This document shows, in pieces, positions 8,969 through 18,513 of a stretch of DNA of 64,000 bases. Where the stretch lies: the IMG/VR virus record IMGVR_UViG_3300029793_000467; one strand, written 5' to 3'. The DNA comes from a virus. A program made the position numbers and the translations under genes. Position 1 is the first letter of the stretch; every line of letters starts with the position of its first letter. Under the pieces are notes generated by a model. That model was not told the DNA's origin. It saw only the letters and a list, made by a program, of their open reading frames with translations, and did no database searches.

Positions 8969-9222
8969 CCCAGTCCTTTCTGAGTCCTTAAGAGTTCGTC
9001 CAGTTTTTCCTCGATGCTTTCCAACCTCAAGCGCAACGCCTTCTGGCTTTCGTAGATGGCCGCAACCTCTCCTGAGACTTCGTAGAGGGTTTTGTTGCCA
9101 TACATGTCATGCTTCTTGTCGGCCTGTTTCTCAAGCTTCGCTATCTCCTGCTCCCGTTGCGACGGTTTGCGTGATTTCAGATAGTCCCTGCATTCGGGAC
9201 TGAACATGTCCTCGTATCCCAT
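8965..9222 (-). CDS. coiled-coil hypothetical protein
   Basis: 85 aa, charged, and translationally coupled to the neighbouring genes. Confidence 0.4.
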   Translation of the reverse strand: MGYEDMFSPECRDYLKSRKPSQREQEIAKLEKQADKKHDMYGNKTLYEVSGEVAAIYESQKALRLRLESIEEKLDELLRTQKGLG

Positions 9223-9807
9223 TTAGCGGCCAAATTCCTCTCTGCGCATGGCTTCATACAGCATGTTCTCCTGAGTTGCGTCGGACAAGGCACGATGCTC
9301 TTCCACGTCACCGATACCATAGTCGCGGATAAGCACGGCAACCTTATGGCTTGGCTTTTCGGGATGGATTTTCCGGCTCATTTCCAACGTGTCCACGAAC
9401 CGGTGTGGAAAGAAGAACATTCCACCGTTCACGGTTTTCATGGCCGCGTCCAAGAAACTCAAATCGAATGACGCGTTATGCGCCATGATGATGGTTCGCG
9501 GGCCAAGCCACTTGTCGAATCGGATGATGGCTTGGCTTACGTCGGGTTGTCCGATGACCATGCTGTCGTTGATTCCGGTGAGCGAGGTGATGTATTCGGG
9601 GATTGGCTGGTGTGGGTCAATCAGTTGCTCGTATCTGTCCACGAGTTTCCCGCCATGGATTTTCACAGCTCCGATTTCAATGAGTTTGGCCCCGTTTTCA
9701 GGTTTGAAACCGGTGGTTTCGGTATCCAAGACCACGTAATCGTAGAGTGGTGTCTTCATTGGGTCGATTCTTCTGGGGTCTCGACTTTGGTATCTGTCCC
9801 AGCTCAT
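9223..9807 (-). CDS. DnaQ-like 3'-5' exonuclease (DEDDh, Pol III epsilon family)
   Basis: Exo I motif YVVLDTETTG, Exo II motif HNASFDLSFL and Exo III motif HRALSDA are all present. GAGGAG RBS. Confidence 0.8.
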   Translation of the reverse strand: MSWDRYQSRDPRRIDPMKTPLYDYVVLDTETTGFKPENGAKLIEIGAVKIHGGKLVDRYEQLIDPHQPIPEYITSLTGINDSMVIGQPDVSQAIIRFDKWLGPRTIIMAHNASFDLSFLDAAMKTVNGGMFFFPHRFVDTLEMSRKIHPEKPSHKVAVLIRDYGIGDVEEHRALSDATQENMLYEAMRREEFGR

Positions 9808-9833
9808 AGTGTGGTCTCCTCGGGTAAGTGAAT

Positions 9834-9856
9834 GTGTGGACGTTTCTAGTATAACG
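9834..9856 (-). promoter_or_regulatory. conserved promoter element
   Basis: rc CGTTATACTAGAAACGTCCACACA. Confidence 0.5.
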
Positions 9857-9857
9857 C

Positions 9858-10127
9858 CTATTTGGTGATGGTCTTGACGCGACCGTCCAGAACCGTTCTC
9901 ACGACATCCTCGAAGTCCGTGCCGTCAGGCAATAGGTGGGAGTCTTGGAGGGTTCCGACAATCTCCAACAGTTCCATATGCCCGTGCGGAGTACGCTTAT
10001 AGTCGCGGGTCGCACCAGCCTTGTATGCTCGGCGCAACTGCAAGGCGAGCTGTTCGCGCGTGAGCGTGATGCAGTCGCCTTCCTCGATGGGATACCGTTC
10101 TTCCAGTTCTTCGTTGAGAATGCTCAT
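9858..10127 (-). CDS. hypothetical protein (89 aa)
   Basis: ORF with no recognisable motif. Confidence 0.4.
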   Translation of the reverse strand: MSILNEELEERYPIEEGDCITLTREQLALQLRRAYKAGATRDYKRTPHGHMELLEIVGTLQDSHLLPDGTDFEDVVRTVLDGRVKTITK

Positions 10128-10155
10128 TTTTCTTGTTTTCCCTTTCTAAATTTGT

Positions 10156-10551
10156 TCAGACGTACATTCCCTCATGCCAGCCGTGTAGTAAACCCCATTC
10201 GGATAGTTTCCGGAACCATTTCTCGCATTCGTCCGCCACCTTGTTGGGATAATCCAACGTCGGGTTCACGTTGAGTAAATACTGGTAGTCGTAGGGTTGG
10301 CAGAAGTTCTCGTCCAACACGTCTATCTGCCAGTCGCTACCGTCCTTGGCAATCTCGACATTCAATGTCATGTCATGGTCGGGGGAGACTGAACAGCAGA
10401 GGTACCAATACCCCTCACGGTGGTCGGTGAACCCCAGTCGGCGCATGGTCGAATCTTCGGCGGGACTCATGCTAAGCGCCGCATTGTTCTGATGCTTCGT
10501 GTAGGTGACGCCTATGGTCGAGAATCGGGACGTGTTCTGAGTGTCGGACAT
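10156..10551 (-). CDS. hypothetical protein (131 aa)
   Basis: ORF with no recognisable motif. Confidence 0.4.
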   Translation of the reverse strand: MSDTQNTSRFSTIGVTYTKHQNNAALSMSPAEDSTMRRLGFTDHREGYWYLCCSVSPDHDMTLNVEIAKDGSDWQIDVLDENFCQPYDYQYLLNVNPTLDYPNKVADECEKWFRKLSEWGLLHGWHEGMYV

Positions 10552-10559
10552 GTTCTCTC

Positions 10560-10931
10560 CTATTCTTCGCTTTCGCGCAGGTCGATTATCGGAATGTGGG
10601 TATCGGTTGAATAGTGGACGAAATAGGGGTCGATTGTCCTATGCCGCCAGCTGACGCCACCTTCCACCGGCCAAGCCAGCCAGCTTATGCCGTCCAAATA
10701 GTTCAGAATGCTGACGTGAGCAATCCAACGGCACCATCTTGCAGGGCATATCACGTCGAACATGGGAGTATCCTCGGTTCCCGGTCGGCAGGAATGCCGT
10801 TGCCAAGAACGCAGATACACGCGATAAAGCGCATAGGAATCATCTGTTGGCAGTTCCTCAGTGTCGAACACCGCGCGAGTTGGGTGGTCATCGAAGAGGA
10901 TTCGTTTGCCGAATTTAGTTGCTTGATTCAA
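10560..10931 (-). CDS. hypothetical protein (TTG start, AAGGAGG RBS)
   Basis: The promoter element 10965-10993 lies inside the long ORF. AAGGAGG sits 5 nt before TTG 10931. Confidence 0.4.
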   Translation of the reverse strand: MNQATKFGKRILFDDHPTRAVFDTEELPTDDSYALYRVYLRSWQRHSCRPGTEDTPMFDVICPARWCRWIAHVSILNYLDGISWLAWPVEGGVSWRHRTIDPYFVHYSTDTHIPIIDLRESEE

Positions 10932-10964
10932 TGCGTCCTCCTTTTTGGTTTTTGTCTTTGTTTT

Positions 10965-10993
10965 TGTGAACAATCCCACTATAACACAAGGGG
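10965..10993 (-). promoter_or_regulatory. conserved promoter element
   Basis: rc TGTGTTATAGTGGGATTGTTCACA. Confidence 0.5.
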
Positions 10994-11016
10994 GTAGAAA
11001 AACGCAACACACGAAC

Positions 11017-11472
11017 CTAAGCCAGCGTCCCGTTAAAAAAGAACTCCCTCTTCCCAACCCGATACAAACCCACATACGAACCGGACAGACGAAAACCAAA
11101 AAGACGGAAGAAACCCTCATACACCGGTAATAATTCCTCCGGCACTGTCACCAGAGGGAACCGTTCATCCAGCAATCCCAGTGAATATTCGACCAGTGCG
11201 GAACCGACCCCTCGATTTCGGAAAGCCTTGGAAACATACAAGGTGCAAATCTTCCGTTCAGACGGATTTCTCTTGAGAACGCAAAACCCCGTCAACTCAC
11301 CGTTTATGCGGGCTAAAAGAATCGCGCGGCCTTTCCCCAATGAGGGGAGAACCGTGCGGTCGAACCAAATATCGAAGCCGGGATAATACGTTCGGATTAT
11401 CCTCGGAATAGGAATAGAAACCGCAGTTTGAGCGTCCCGGACTAAGTCAATCCTTAAAGAACTCAAACACAT
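11017..11472 (-). CDS. GNAT family N-acetyltransferase
   Basis: Acetyl-CoA binding motif in VSKAFRNRGVGSALVEY (R-x-x-G-x-G/A). Confidence 0.65.
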   Translation of the reverse strand: MCLSSLRIDLVRDAQTAVSIPIPRIIRTYYPGFDIWFDRTVLPSLGKGRAILLARINGELTGFCVLKRNPSERKICTLYVSKAFRNRGVGSALVEYSLGLLDERFPLVTVPEELLPVYEGFFRLFGFRLSGSYVGLYRVGKREFFFNGTLA

Positions 11473-11692
11473 GGAAATCCGTCACGCACTTGACATTGAC
11501 ATGAGTCGTATTATCCGGCCAAACATACAAGACCGGCATGTAACCGGGCAGTTCCCGAACAACGAGATTACTGAAACCGTCCAAGTAGAGGGTTCCGGCC
11601 ATGGGTTTGCCGTTCCAGTTGAAAATTGCGGGCTTGCCTTCGAGTTCCGTCCAGTTGATTCCGTCTTGGTAGGGGAGTTCTTTTAAGGTCAT
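11447..11692 (-). CDS. hypothetical protein (81 aa)
   Basis: AAGGAAAAC RBS, with a degenerate promoter element upstream. Confidence 0.4.
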   Translation of the reverse strand: MTLKELPYQDGINWTELEGKPAIFNWNGKPMAGTLYLDGFSNLVVRELPGYMPVLYVWPDNTTHVNVKCVTDFHVFEFFKD

Positions 11693-11708
11693 CGGTTTTC
11701 CTTCTTTG

Positions 11709-11736
11709 GTGTGGACTATCTCACTCTAACACAACC
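11709..11736 (-). promoter_or_regulatory. conserved promoter element (degenerate)
   Basis: rc TGTGTTAGAGTGAGATAGTCCACAC. Lies directly next to the IS insertion. Confidence 0.3.
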
Positions 11737-11739
11737 GGA

Positions 11740-13380
11740 GTGGCGTGAAGAAGAAAAATCCCCTTCCCCACCGTTTTGCCGTGAGGGTGCCCCCGCCTTT
11801 AGGCGCGGGGAGGAATCACAGCTTTCTTTTTTCCATATTACGCGTAATGTGGTATTATTAGAAATATGAGCCAGAAAGTCGTGTTGGAGCGTGTGACGTT
11901 GGACGGTGCCAAACCGTTCATCGGTTATACCGGCCAGCATGACCCATGTTCCGAAAAGCTTTACGCGAATACCGGCAGTCAGGCGATGGAATGGCTTTGT
12001 GACGCTTGGCGTTACCGGTTCAACCAGTTAAGGTCGAACCGTTGCAAATACGGTAAGGACAAGACTCTCATCCCCATTGGCGGCACACCCGACACTCGTA
12101 GCGTCAGCCAGTCCCGAAGCGAATGTTCTTGGCTAACCGCAGTGCCTTCCCTTATCTTGGAATCCCCGACCAGAATCGAACGGGTCGAATGGTTCACCTC
12201 CGTGAAACGACGCAAGACCCTATTAAGCAAACGGTTGAAACCGGGGAGAATGCCCCGTTTCAAATCGTATAAGCGTGACGGGCAACGTTTCGTCTGCTGG
12301 TACAACGGGGGACGCAACGCCGTATACCGTCGAGTCAACCGCAACCACGGCATCATAACCATCACCGGACAGAACCCCAAAGGCATGTCATTGCCGGGCG
12401 AACCGTTACGCTACCGTATCCTCCTGCACGTGCGCGTCAGCCAGCCGATACGCGAATACACGGCCATCCAAGTGGATTGGACGAACCGTACCGTCGTGTT
12501 CAACAACATTCCAACGCCCATCAGTCATGAGCCGACCGGCAGGGCGGTCGGCATCGACCGTGGATGCGTGCATGCCGCCGCCGACTCCGACGGACGGTTC
12601 ATGGACCTGCCGAAAGACAGGTTGAAGGCCATCGACCGTGAAATCCGGAAGCGTCAGAAAAGCCAAGCCCGTAGGGTCAAGACAGCCGGATATTCCAGTG
12701 AGAAAGAATACGCGAATAGTGGCAGAACCAGCCGCGCATATTGGAAGACCCGGCTGGAAATCACAAAACTGCATTCGAAATCCGAACGTATATTGGATGA
12801 CGTGTACCAAAAATACACGACCCAACTCGTGTGTGACAATGATTTGATTGTGTTGGAGAACCTACGATTAGCGAACATGAGCCGACGCAACAAGCCTGTT
12901 CCCGACCCGTTGCATGAAGGCAGGTATCTTCACAATGGTCAGGTGGCGAAACGTGGACTCAACCGTAGCCTCCGACAGGCGAGCATGGGAAGACTGTCCT
13001 CCATGCTCGCATACAAGACCAAGCTTGCCGACGGCGTGGGCATGATACTCGTCAACCCGGCCTACACAAGCCAGACATGCAGTCAATGCGGGTATGTGGC
13101 GAAAGAAAACCGCGAGAGCCAAGCGGTGTTCATTTGCAAAAAATGCTCGTACAAGACGAACGCTGACGTGAACGCGGCGAAAAACATTCTCAAACGAGGA
13201 TTGGACACGCTCGCCGTCACGTCGGAAAACCTGTGGGGCGCGGACGGCACCCCGGTCGAACAGGGACGTAAGACCAACGGAAACGCTACACGCGAATCCG
13301 TGGCAGTCTCTTAGAAACCAGAACCTCTCCTACCGCAAAACGATAGGAGGAATCCCCCGGTTTAAACCGTGGGGAGGACG
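11740..13380 (+). mobile_element. IS200/IS605-family TnpB-only (IS1341-like) insertion sequence
   Basis: A single tnpB gene is flanked by subterminal hairpins (11789-11810 and 13354-13375). A GGAGGAATC word sits next to both hairpins. No TnpA gene is present. The insertion breaks the minus-strand gene array. Confidence 0.65.
11866..13314 (+). CDS. tnpB: TnpB (OrfB_IS605) RNA-guided nuclease-like transposon protein
   Basis: 482 aa. C-terminal RuvC-like region with a zinc finger (TSQTCSQCG...CKKC) and NADVNAAKNILKRG. Confidence 0.85.
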   Translation: MSQKVVLERVTLDGAKPFIGYTGQHDPCSEKLYANTGSQAMEWLCDAWRYRFNQLRSNRCKYGKDKTLIPIGGTPDTRSVSQSRSECSWLTAVPSLILESPTRIERVEWFTSVKRRKTLLSKRLKPGRMPRFKSYKRDGQRFVCWYNGGRNAVYRRVNRNHGIITITGQNPKGMSLPGEPLRYRILLHVRVSQPIREYTAIQVDWTNRTVVFNNIPTPISHEPTGRAVGIDRGCVHAAADSDGRFMDLPKDRLKAIDREIRKRQKSQARRVKTAGYSSEKEYANSGRTSRAYWKTRLEITKLHSKSERILDDVYQKYTTQLVCDNDLIVLENLRLANMSRRNKPVPDPLHEGRYLHNGQVAKRGLNRSLRQASMGRLSSMLAYKTKLADGVGMILVNPAYTSQTCSQCGYVAKENRESQAVFICKKCSYKTNADVNAAKNILKRGLDTLAVTSENLWGADGTPVEQGRKTNGNATRESVAVS

Positions 13381-13623
13381 TCAACATTCGTCCAACAGTT
13401 GCGTAGCGCTCATGTCGAGCTTCTTAAGGGTTTCGGTTGTAATGTCAGCGTATTCCAAGGATTCTTCATTCAAGTATGCGATTGTTCTTGGGGCTACCGC
13501 ATACTTGTCGGGGTTGGTGTCGAGTCTTTTCAGAAACGCCAGTACGGTCTCTTTGTCGTGCTCGTTCAGTTCAGGGTCGTTTTTGGCTGAGGTGGTCAGA
13601 TACTCATAGTAGCCGCTGTCCAT
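13381..13623 (-). CDS. hypothetical protein (80 aa)
   Basis: Acidic ORF. Confidence 0.4.
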   Translation of the reverse strand: MDSGYYEYLTTSAKNDPELNEHDKETVLAFLKRLDTNPDKYAVAPRTIAYLNEESLEYADITTETLKKLDMSATQLLDEC

Positions 13624-13837
13624 TTTTCTCCTTTTGGTCTAACGTTTTTTGACGTGGGGGGCTAGTCGTTGCTCCAGTCGGTATTGCGTATGCCGAATTC
13701 GTTTCGTTTCTTGGATTGCGGGTTCCAAGCGCTACCGGCGTCCCATCCGTTATGAGTGGAACGGTTGTTCTTGTGAGTGTTGTTTTTATTGGGACTGTTG
13801 GTTGCTACCCAGTCGTGGTTACTCATTCGTGGACCTT

Positions 13838-14092
13838 TCAGGAGAACACTTTCACGGACTGGAATTCTTCGCCCATTTCGTTGCCGGATTCGCATTGGTT
13901 GACAATAACCCATGGTTTGACGCCGGGGAGGTGGAGGCTATCGATTCTCACGTACATGTCGGGTTGTGCCGTGCGATATTCCAGTATGCCTTCGATGGTC
14001 TCGCCGGTTTTGGTGACTGCGATGCACTTGTGGCCTTCCAAGTTTTGGGGGAGGGTGTTGTGCCAGTTGATTTCTGTGGTGGTGTTGCTCAT
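13838..14092 (-). CDS. hypothetical protein (84 aa)
   Basis: AAGGAG RBS. Promoter element at 14125-14150. Confidence 0.45.
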   Translation of the reverse strand: MSNTTTEINWHNTLPQNLEGHKCIAVTKTGETIEGILEYRTAQPDMYVRIDSLHLPGVKPWVIVNQCESGNEMGEEFQSVKVFS

Positions 14093-14124
14093 TTTTCTCC
14101 TTAGTAGGATACTAACTTCTTTAC

Positions 14125-14150
14125 TGTGTGAACAATTCCAGTATATATGA
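14125..14150 (-). promoter_or_regulatory. conserved promoter element
   Basis: rc TATATACTGGAATTGTTCACACAG. Confidence 0.55.
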
Positions 14151-14195
14151 TATTAGCGCAAAACACAATCCGATAGAACAATAAGGAGGCATAGA

Positions 14196-14214
14196 AACGG
14201 CAGTCTTCCAATCC
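14196..14214 (-). repeat. second conserved element, partial copy (ACGGCAGTCTTCCAAT core)
   Basis: Core 16-mer only. Confidence 0.35.
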
Positions 14215-14220
14215 ACTTTC

Positions 14221-14595
14221 TCAATAGCAGTTATCACACCAGCCGGTATCGCCGCAAAGGTTCTCGTTCTCCTCGCTGAGAAGGCAACCGCAACCGCTGC
14301 AATACATGTTGGCTGGATTGTCGGACGAAGCGAAAGAACCTTCCCTGACAATGTTTCCAGTCAAGTCGGTGATGGTGTAGATTGCCCGAGTGTCGGCTTC
14401 CGGTGCGGGATAGCCGGACATGCCTAGAATCCTGTTGTACACGTTCGTCAGTAGAGTGCGAACGTTTCCGGCCTGACGAGTCCCATTTAGAATGGGATTC
14501 GTCAAATGGTCGAAGAATCCTACCGTCGTATCCCAAGAATGCTGGCCTTCGTGGATTTCAATTTCCAGCTTTTCCTTGCCGTCGGTGAATCGCAT
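14221..14595 (-). CDS. hypothetical protein, C-terminal Cys-rich (CSGCGC..C..C..C)
   Basis: 124-aa ORF. Confidence 0.45.
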   Translation of the reverse strand: MRFTDGKEKLEIEIHEGQHSWDTTVGFFDHLTNPILNGTRQAGNVRTLLTNVYNRILGMSGYPAPEADTRAIYTITDLTGNIVREGSFASSDNPANMYCSGCGCLLSEENENLCGDTGWCDNCY

Positions 14596-14605
14596 TTTCG
14601 TTTTC

Positions 14606-14968
14606 CTACAATTCCCTCATGGCCTTGTCTAAATCGGACACAATCGCGTCATACAGTCCGTCAACGTTCAACGATTCCAGCTTGTGCGACGGCAAATCCA
14701 CGGGAGTGTATTCCCCGTCGTCGAAAGTCCAATGCTCGACCGAAACCGTGTATACTCCTCCACTCCAACGGTAGGAATGTTTGCCGTTATGTTGCGAGTC
14801 TGCCACAAGGTAGTATTCGAACATCTTGCCCATGTATGGGCATTGGAATGCGACTTCGATTCCGTCTCCGAAGATGGCGTGGGTGGCGTGTGCGCCGGTC
14901 ACGTATGGGATTTTGACGAGCTTGTCAATGAGTTTCCGGTAGGTGTCTTCGCTGATTTTCGAGTACAT
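14606..14968 (-). CDS. hypothetical protein (120 aa)
   Basis: Promoter element at 15006-15032. Confidence 0.45.
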   Translation of the reverse strand: MYSKISEDTYRKLIDKLVKIPYVTGAHATHAIFGDGIEVAFQCPYMGKMFEYYLVADSQHNGKHSYRWSGGVYTVSVEHWTFDDGEYTPVDLPSHKLESLNVDGLYDAIVSDLDKAMREL

Positions 14969-15005
14969 TCTGTTTTCCTTTTTCTGTATGGGTCAAACCC
15001 TTGTT

Positions 15006-15032
15006 TGTGTGGACAATCCCAGTATATCATAT
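15006..15032 (-). promoter_or_regulatory. conserved promoter element
   Basis: rc TGATATACTGGGATTGTCCACACA. Confidence 0.55.
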
Positions 15033-15154
15033 AAATGACAAAAACCTAAAAAAACAGCACACGCCTACCTGAATTTTATTGGAAGATGCTTTGCGGCGGG
15101 GTTCGCCAAAGGACAGCTCCCCTTGGCGAACCCGCGAGGTGCCGGTGGACGGTC

Positions 15155-16009
15155 TTAGCCGTGCAACGCGGTGATGATTTCGTCAGCGGCCTTACGGACA
15201 TGCTCGGCAGTGGAGCGTACAAGCTTGGGGTCAGCATCGCTCCACCCCGCCACGTAGCGGATGGAATACTCGCCGGTGTCCATTCCCATGTATCTAGCCA
15301 CCACATAGGCGACGCTTTCTGCCTCGGTCTCGTAGATGCCGCGATGCCGACCGTATTCACCTTCCGGCAACCCCTGATGGAGGAGCATGTGGGCCGTTTC
15401 GTGCAGGATGGTCTTGGCGTCCTGCCTCGGACTGTTCTTCGCGTTGAGTATGATTCGTCTGCTTCCATCCATCGTGGTGTAGCCTTTGACGTCCCTTCCC
15501 ATCGACTCATGGCCCACCCGCCAATGTTTGGATTCGAGCCAAGCGGTCATACGTCCGACGAGGCCGAGTACGTCTGCGCCTTCAAGCTCGGACGGCTTCA
15601 TCTGTTCGATGGGGTCGGTCTCCTTGTCGATGGGGTCGGTCTGGGACACGTCGAACACCGTCAAGATGGGATACCAGACTTTTTGGATAGGGTCGCCGTT
15701 CTCGTCTAGCTGTGGGTTGCCGTCTTCGTCCTTGACGGTTCTGGCGCTGAATCCGAAGATTTTCATACCGTGTTCGCCTTTGCGCACGACGCGCCCGCGC
15801 GTCTGCCATTGGCGGAATCCGGCGACCAGCGACGAGTTGCCGTTCGATTGAATGAGCATCAGCAGGATGTTGTTCCAGCTGTATTGGTGGAAACGTCCCA
15901 TGAAATCGAGGTAGCGCTGCCAAGTGCCGGAGTCCCGTAGTTCCTTCACGCCGGTTTCGATGTCCTTGCGCAGTTCCTCGATTCGTTCCCTGTGTTGCTT
16001 GTCTGCCAT
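15155..16009 (-). CDS. ardC: ArdC-like anti-restriction protein (N-terminal ssDNA-binding domain + C-terminal zincin-like metalloprotease)
   Basis: N-terminal motif WQRYLDFMGRFHQYSWNNILL (DUF1738-like). C-terminal HExxH motif LHETAHMLLH. This architecture is typical of plasmid leading-region ArdC. Confidence 0.7.
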   Translation of the reverse strand: MADKQHRERIEELRKDIETGVKELRDSGTWQRYLDFMGRFHQYSWNNILLMLIQSNGNSSLVAGFRQWQTRGRVVRKGEHGMKIFGFSARTVKDEDGNPQLDENGDPIQKVWYPILTVFDVSQTDPIDKETDPIEQMKPSELEGADVLGLVGRMTAWLESKHWRVGHESMGRDVKGYTTMDGSRRIILNAKNSPRQDAKTILHETAHMLLHQGLPEGEYGRHRGIYETEAESVAYVVARYMGMDTGEYSIRYVAGWSDADPKLVRSTAEHVRKAADEIITALHG

Positions 16010-16051
16010 TTCATTGTTTCTTTCGGTCGCATACGGGAGGTGCCAGCGCGG

Positions 16052-16309
16052 TCAGCAGCAGTATTCGTTGACTGTGTTGACCAGTTCACTCATGCTCATG
16101 CCGTACACGTCGCTGTGGCGGTGGAAGATGCTTTTGGTGAAGAGCCTTTTTTGCATGATGTCGCGGGCTTCGGCGCTTTGTGCGAGTTTCACGCTTTCGG
16201 GGAATGCGCCTGTGGGGTTATCGTTGATTTGTTTTGCGTATTCGACTGCTTGGGCTTTGGGCATTTTCTTGACGTTCATTGCGCCGCCGATGTAGTGGAT
16301 TGCGTACAT
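16052..16309 (-). CDS. hypothetical protein (85 aa)
   Basis: Start at internal ATG 16309 with an AAGGAG RBS. The promoter element 16341-16366 lies inside the longer ORF. Confidence 0.45.
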   Translation of the reverse strand: MYAIHYIGGAMNVKKMPKAQAVEYAKQINDNPTGAFPESVKLAQSAEARDIMQKRLFTKSIFHRHSDVYGMSMSELVNTVNEYCC

Positions 16310-16340
16310 GTTGTGTGCTCCTTGGTTTTTCGACCTTGTG

Positions 16341-16366
16341 TGTGTGAACAATTCCAGTATAGCATA
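16341..16366 (-). promoter_or_regulatory. conserved promoter element
   Basis: rc TGCTATACTGGAATTGTTCACACA. Confidence 0.55.
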
Positions 16367-16454
16367 TTTGAGAGAAAGCGCAAAAACACAAAAAACAAAA
16401 AGCCGTGCAAACGCAAAAGCATCCACACGACTCGGGAATTTTCCCCACTATTAG

Positions 16455-16751
16455 TTAGTCAAAGTCCGACGGTTCACCATTGACATAGTTCCAAAACTGG
16501 TCGAAGGCATATTGCGCGGTATCCTTATAACGGCACGGCTTCGGCTGTGCGTTCTTTTCTTTCTCTTCCTGCTCTATCAACTGGTCTATTTGGCTTTGCT
16601 CATTGCGGTGTTGCCACGCGAGAGGCTCGTTGCCTTGGGCTAGGTTCTCATACGCCGTATATTCATGCCCGCGATAGCTATAGACAAGATAAACCATATA
16701 GGCGTCATATCCGTGCCCGTGGTATTTTCTAACGAACGTCGCTTTTCGCAT
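16455..16751 (-). CDS. hypothetical protein (98 aa)
   Basis: ORF. Confidence 0.4.
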   Translation of the reverse strand: MRKATFVRKYHGHGYDAYMVYLVYSYRGHEYTAYENLAQGNEPLAWQHRNEQSQIDQLIEQEEKEKNAQPKPCRYKDTAQYAFDQFWNYVNGEPSDFD

Positions 16752-16842
16752 TGCTGCCCCTCTTGTGAATGGTGGGGCGTGTCTGTCATGGCACGCCCCT
16801 TTGCGTTTTGACGGGTATTGCGCCGTGGGAAACCGTATGTTT

Positions 16843-17166
16843 TTAAGCTTCTACCAGCTCCCACCGGTCTCCAGCCTCTTCGTCGAATTCGCCTAATCGG
16901 AAACCATATGCGGCAAGCCTCCTGTCCGCCGTGGCCTCCCATTCGTCCTCGTCATCGCCGTATACATCTTCGACCCTCTCGGCATCGGAGTAGGAGTCGG
17001 CGCGTCCCAAGTTGATAAGCCATTGGGAGGAGTCAGCCCCCATCCAGATGCCATTGCCGGTGATGGCATCGACGATAAGAAGCGTGTCGAATGCATCGCT
17101 CCCGTAGATGGCTATCGGCTGAACAGTGACGGTCTCGTTGGTGTTGATGTCAAGTGCGGTAAACAT
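16843..17166 (-). CDS. hypothetical acidic protein
   Basis: Start at MFTALD. The promoter element 17194-17217 lies inside the long ORF. Confidence 0.4.
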   Translation of the reverse strand: MFTALDINTNETVTVQPIAIYGSDAFDTLLIVDAITGNGIWMGADSSQWLINLGRADSYSDAERVEDVYGDDEDEWEATADRRLAAYGFRLGEFDEEAGDRWELVEA

Positions 17167-17193
17167 TTCGGTTTTGTCTTTTCTTGTGTTTTT

Positions 17194-17217
17194 GTGTGAA
17201 CAATTCCAGTATACCAC
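17194..17217 (-). promoter_or_regulatory. conserved promoter element
   Basis: rc TGGTATACTGGAATTGTTCACACA. Confidence 0.55.
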
Positions 17218-17257
17218 ATGAATGGAGACATCCCCAAATAGCACACACTCCACTTGG

Positions 17258-18181
17258 TTAAATCTCGCGCTCCGCACGCTCCCAAATCTTCCGGCGAATC
17301 TCACTGTCCTCAGAGAACATCGCACCCAACTTCAACACTTGACGAACCGCCTTGCGATAATCCTCCATACGCACACGTAGAGTCCATCGAGCGTCGCCCT
17401 TGAACGCCTGATTGATGAACGAATCCGGCACGTCTCTCATATTCCGAGCCAGCCCGCAACGCTCCAGCCTGTCAGCCTCCTCCCACGCTTTCATAACGAT
17501 TTCACGGGTCGCCCACTGAGGTTTAACGTCCAGCACACTGGCCACGTCTTGCGGTTCGAGTCGTTTGAGCACTTCGTCCACCTCGCTGCCATCGGACGAG
17601 AGGGCCGCTTGGACGCGAATCCCGCTGTAAGGGCTTTCCAGCCAGTGGGACAAGCACTCCTTATCGACGTCATGGTTGCGGATGACATTGTAGACCACGC
17701 GCTCATTCTCCTCATTGAAGAAGTTGCAGACGTCGGCTTTCTTCGCCGCGATATAACGAACCTCCCAATCCTTGTCGTGGGATAGGGCGTTCGACGTTTC
17801 CTTGTCGAGCTTGTCGTACTTGTCGAGCAGTTCCACGGCTTTCCTGCGAATCTCCGCGCTCCTGTCCCGCAGGGCCACTTGGGAAAGTGCGTTGACCGGC
17901 AGGTTGTGAATATCGTATTCGCCCCAGTCGAAGTAGTAGTGTCGGAGCGTGAGCGGGAGTTCAGAAAGTTTGCCGGAGTCGAAATGCTGTCTGATGTCGG
18001 CTAGTTCCTTTTCGCCTTTTTGGGTGAGCTTCCACGAGTACCTGTCTTCGTTGCGTTGTATCAGTCCGGCGTTGGCGAGTTTGGTGAGGTTCCTGTTAGC
18101 GTATGCTTGTTGTTCTGGTTCGCTTTCGAAGAGGAGGAATTCGTAGATTGCGGTTTCGTTCCAATTGATGTTGTCGCTCAT
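17258..18181 (-). CDS. hypothetical protein (307 aa, alpha-helical repeat-like)
   Basis: Long ORF. Promoter element 18206-18230 lies 40 nt upstream. Confidence 0.5.
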   Translation of the reverse strand: MSDNINWNETAIYEFLLFESEPEQQAYANRNLTKLANAGLIQRNEDRYSWKLTQKGEKELADIRQHFDSGKLSELPLTLRHYYFDWGEYDIHNLPVNALSQVALRDRSAEIRRKAVELLDKYDKLDKETSNALSHDKDWEVRYIAAKKADVCNFFNEENERVVYNVIRNHDVDKECLSHWLESPYSGIRVQAALSSDGSEVDEVLKRLEPQDVASVLDVKPQWATREIVMKAWEEADRLERCGLARNMRDVPDSFINQAFKGDARWTLRVRMEDYRKAVRQVLKLGAMFSEDSEIRRKIWERAEREI

Positions 18182-18205
18182 TTCTGCTCCTTTTGGTTTC
18201 CTGTT

Positions 18206-18230
18206 TGTGTGAACAGTTCCAGTATAGTAC
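18206..18230 (-). promoter_or_regulatory. conserved promoter element
   Basis: rc TACTATACTGGAACTGTTCACACA. Confidence 0.55.
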
Positions 18231-18513
18231 AGAATAGAGAAATGCTCAACCCCGAACCCATTGACACTCCCGTGGTTTCAACCACGGGAGTGTCAAGTGA
18301 GCAACGGATACAAGTACGGCCCCGCACGGCATCTGGAGTATTTGAGCGCGCTGTTGCACTCCTTCAACCGTTCTATAGATGTCATTGCCGCCGACACGCA
18401 TCGGAAGGTGTGCGATGAGGAGAATCGTAAGTATGACCGTTTGGAGGATGAGCGGGAGAGGGCTTGGAACGCGGCTCGCTGACGTGGGGTGAGCATCCTT
18501 TTACGTCTACCTA

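Noticed and set aside
12012-13277. Several minus-strand ORFs within the IS
   Set aside because: Antisense to tnpB, which has unmistakable conserved motifs.
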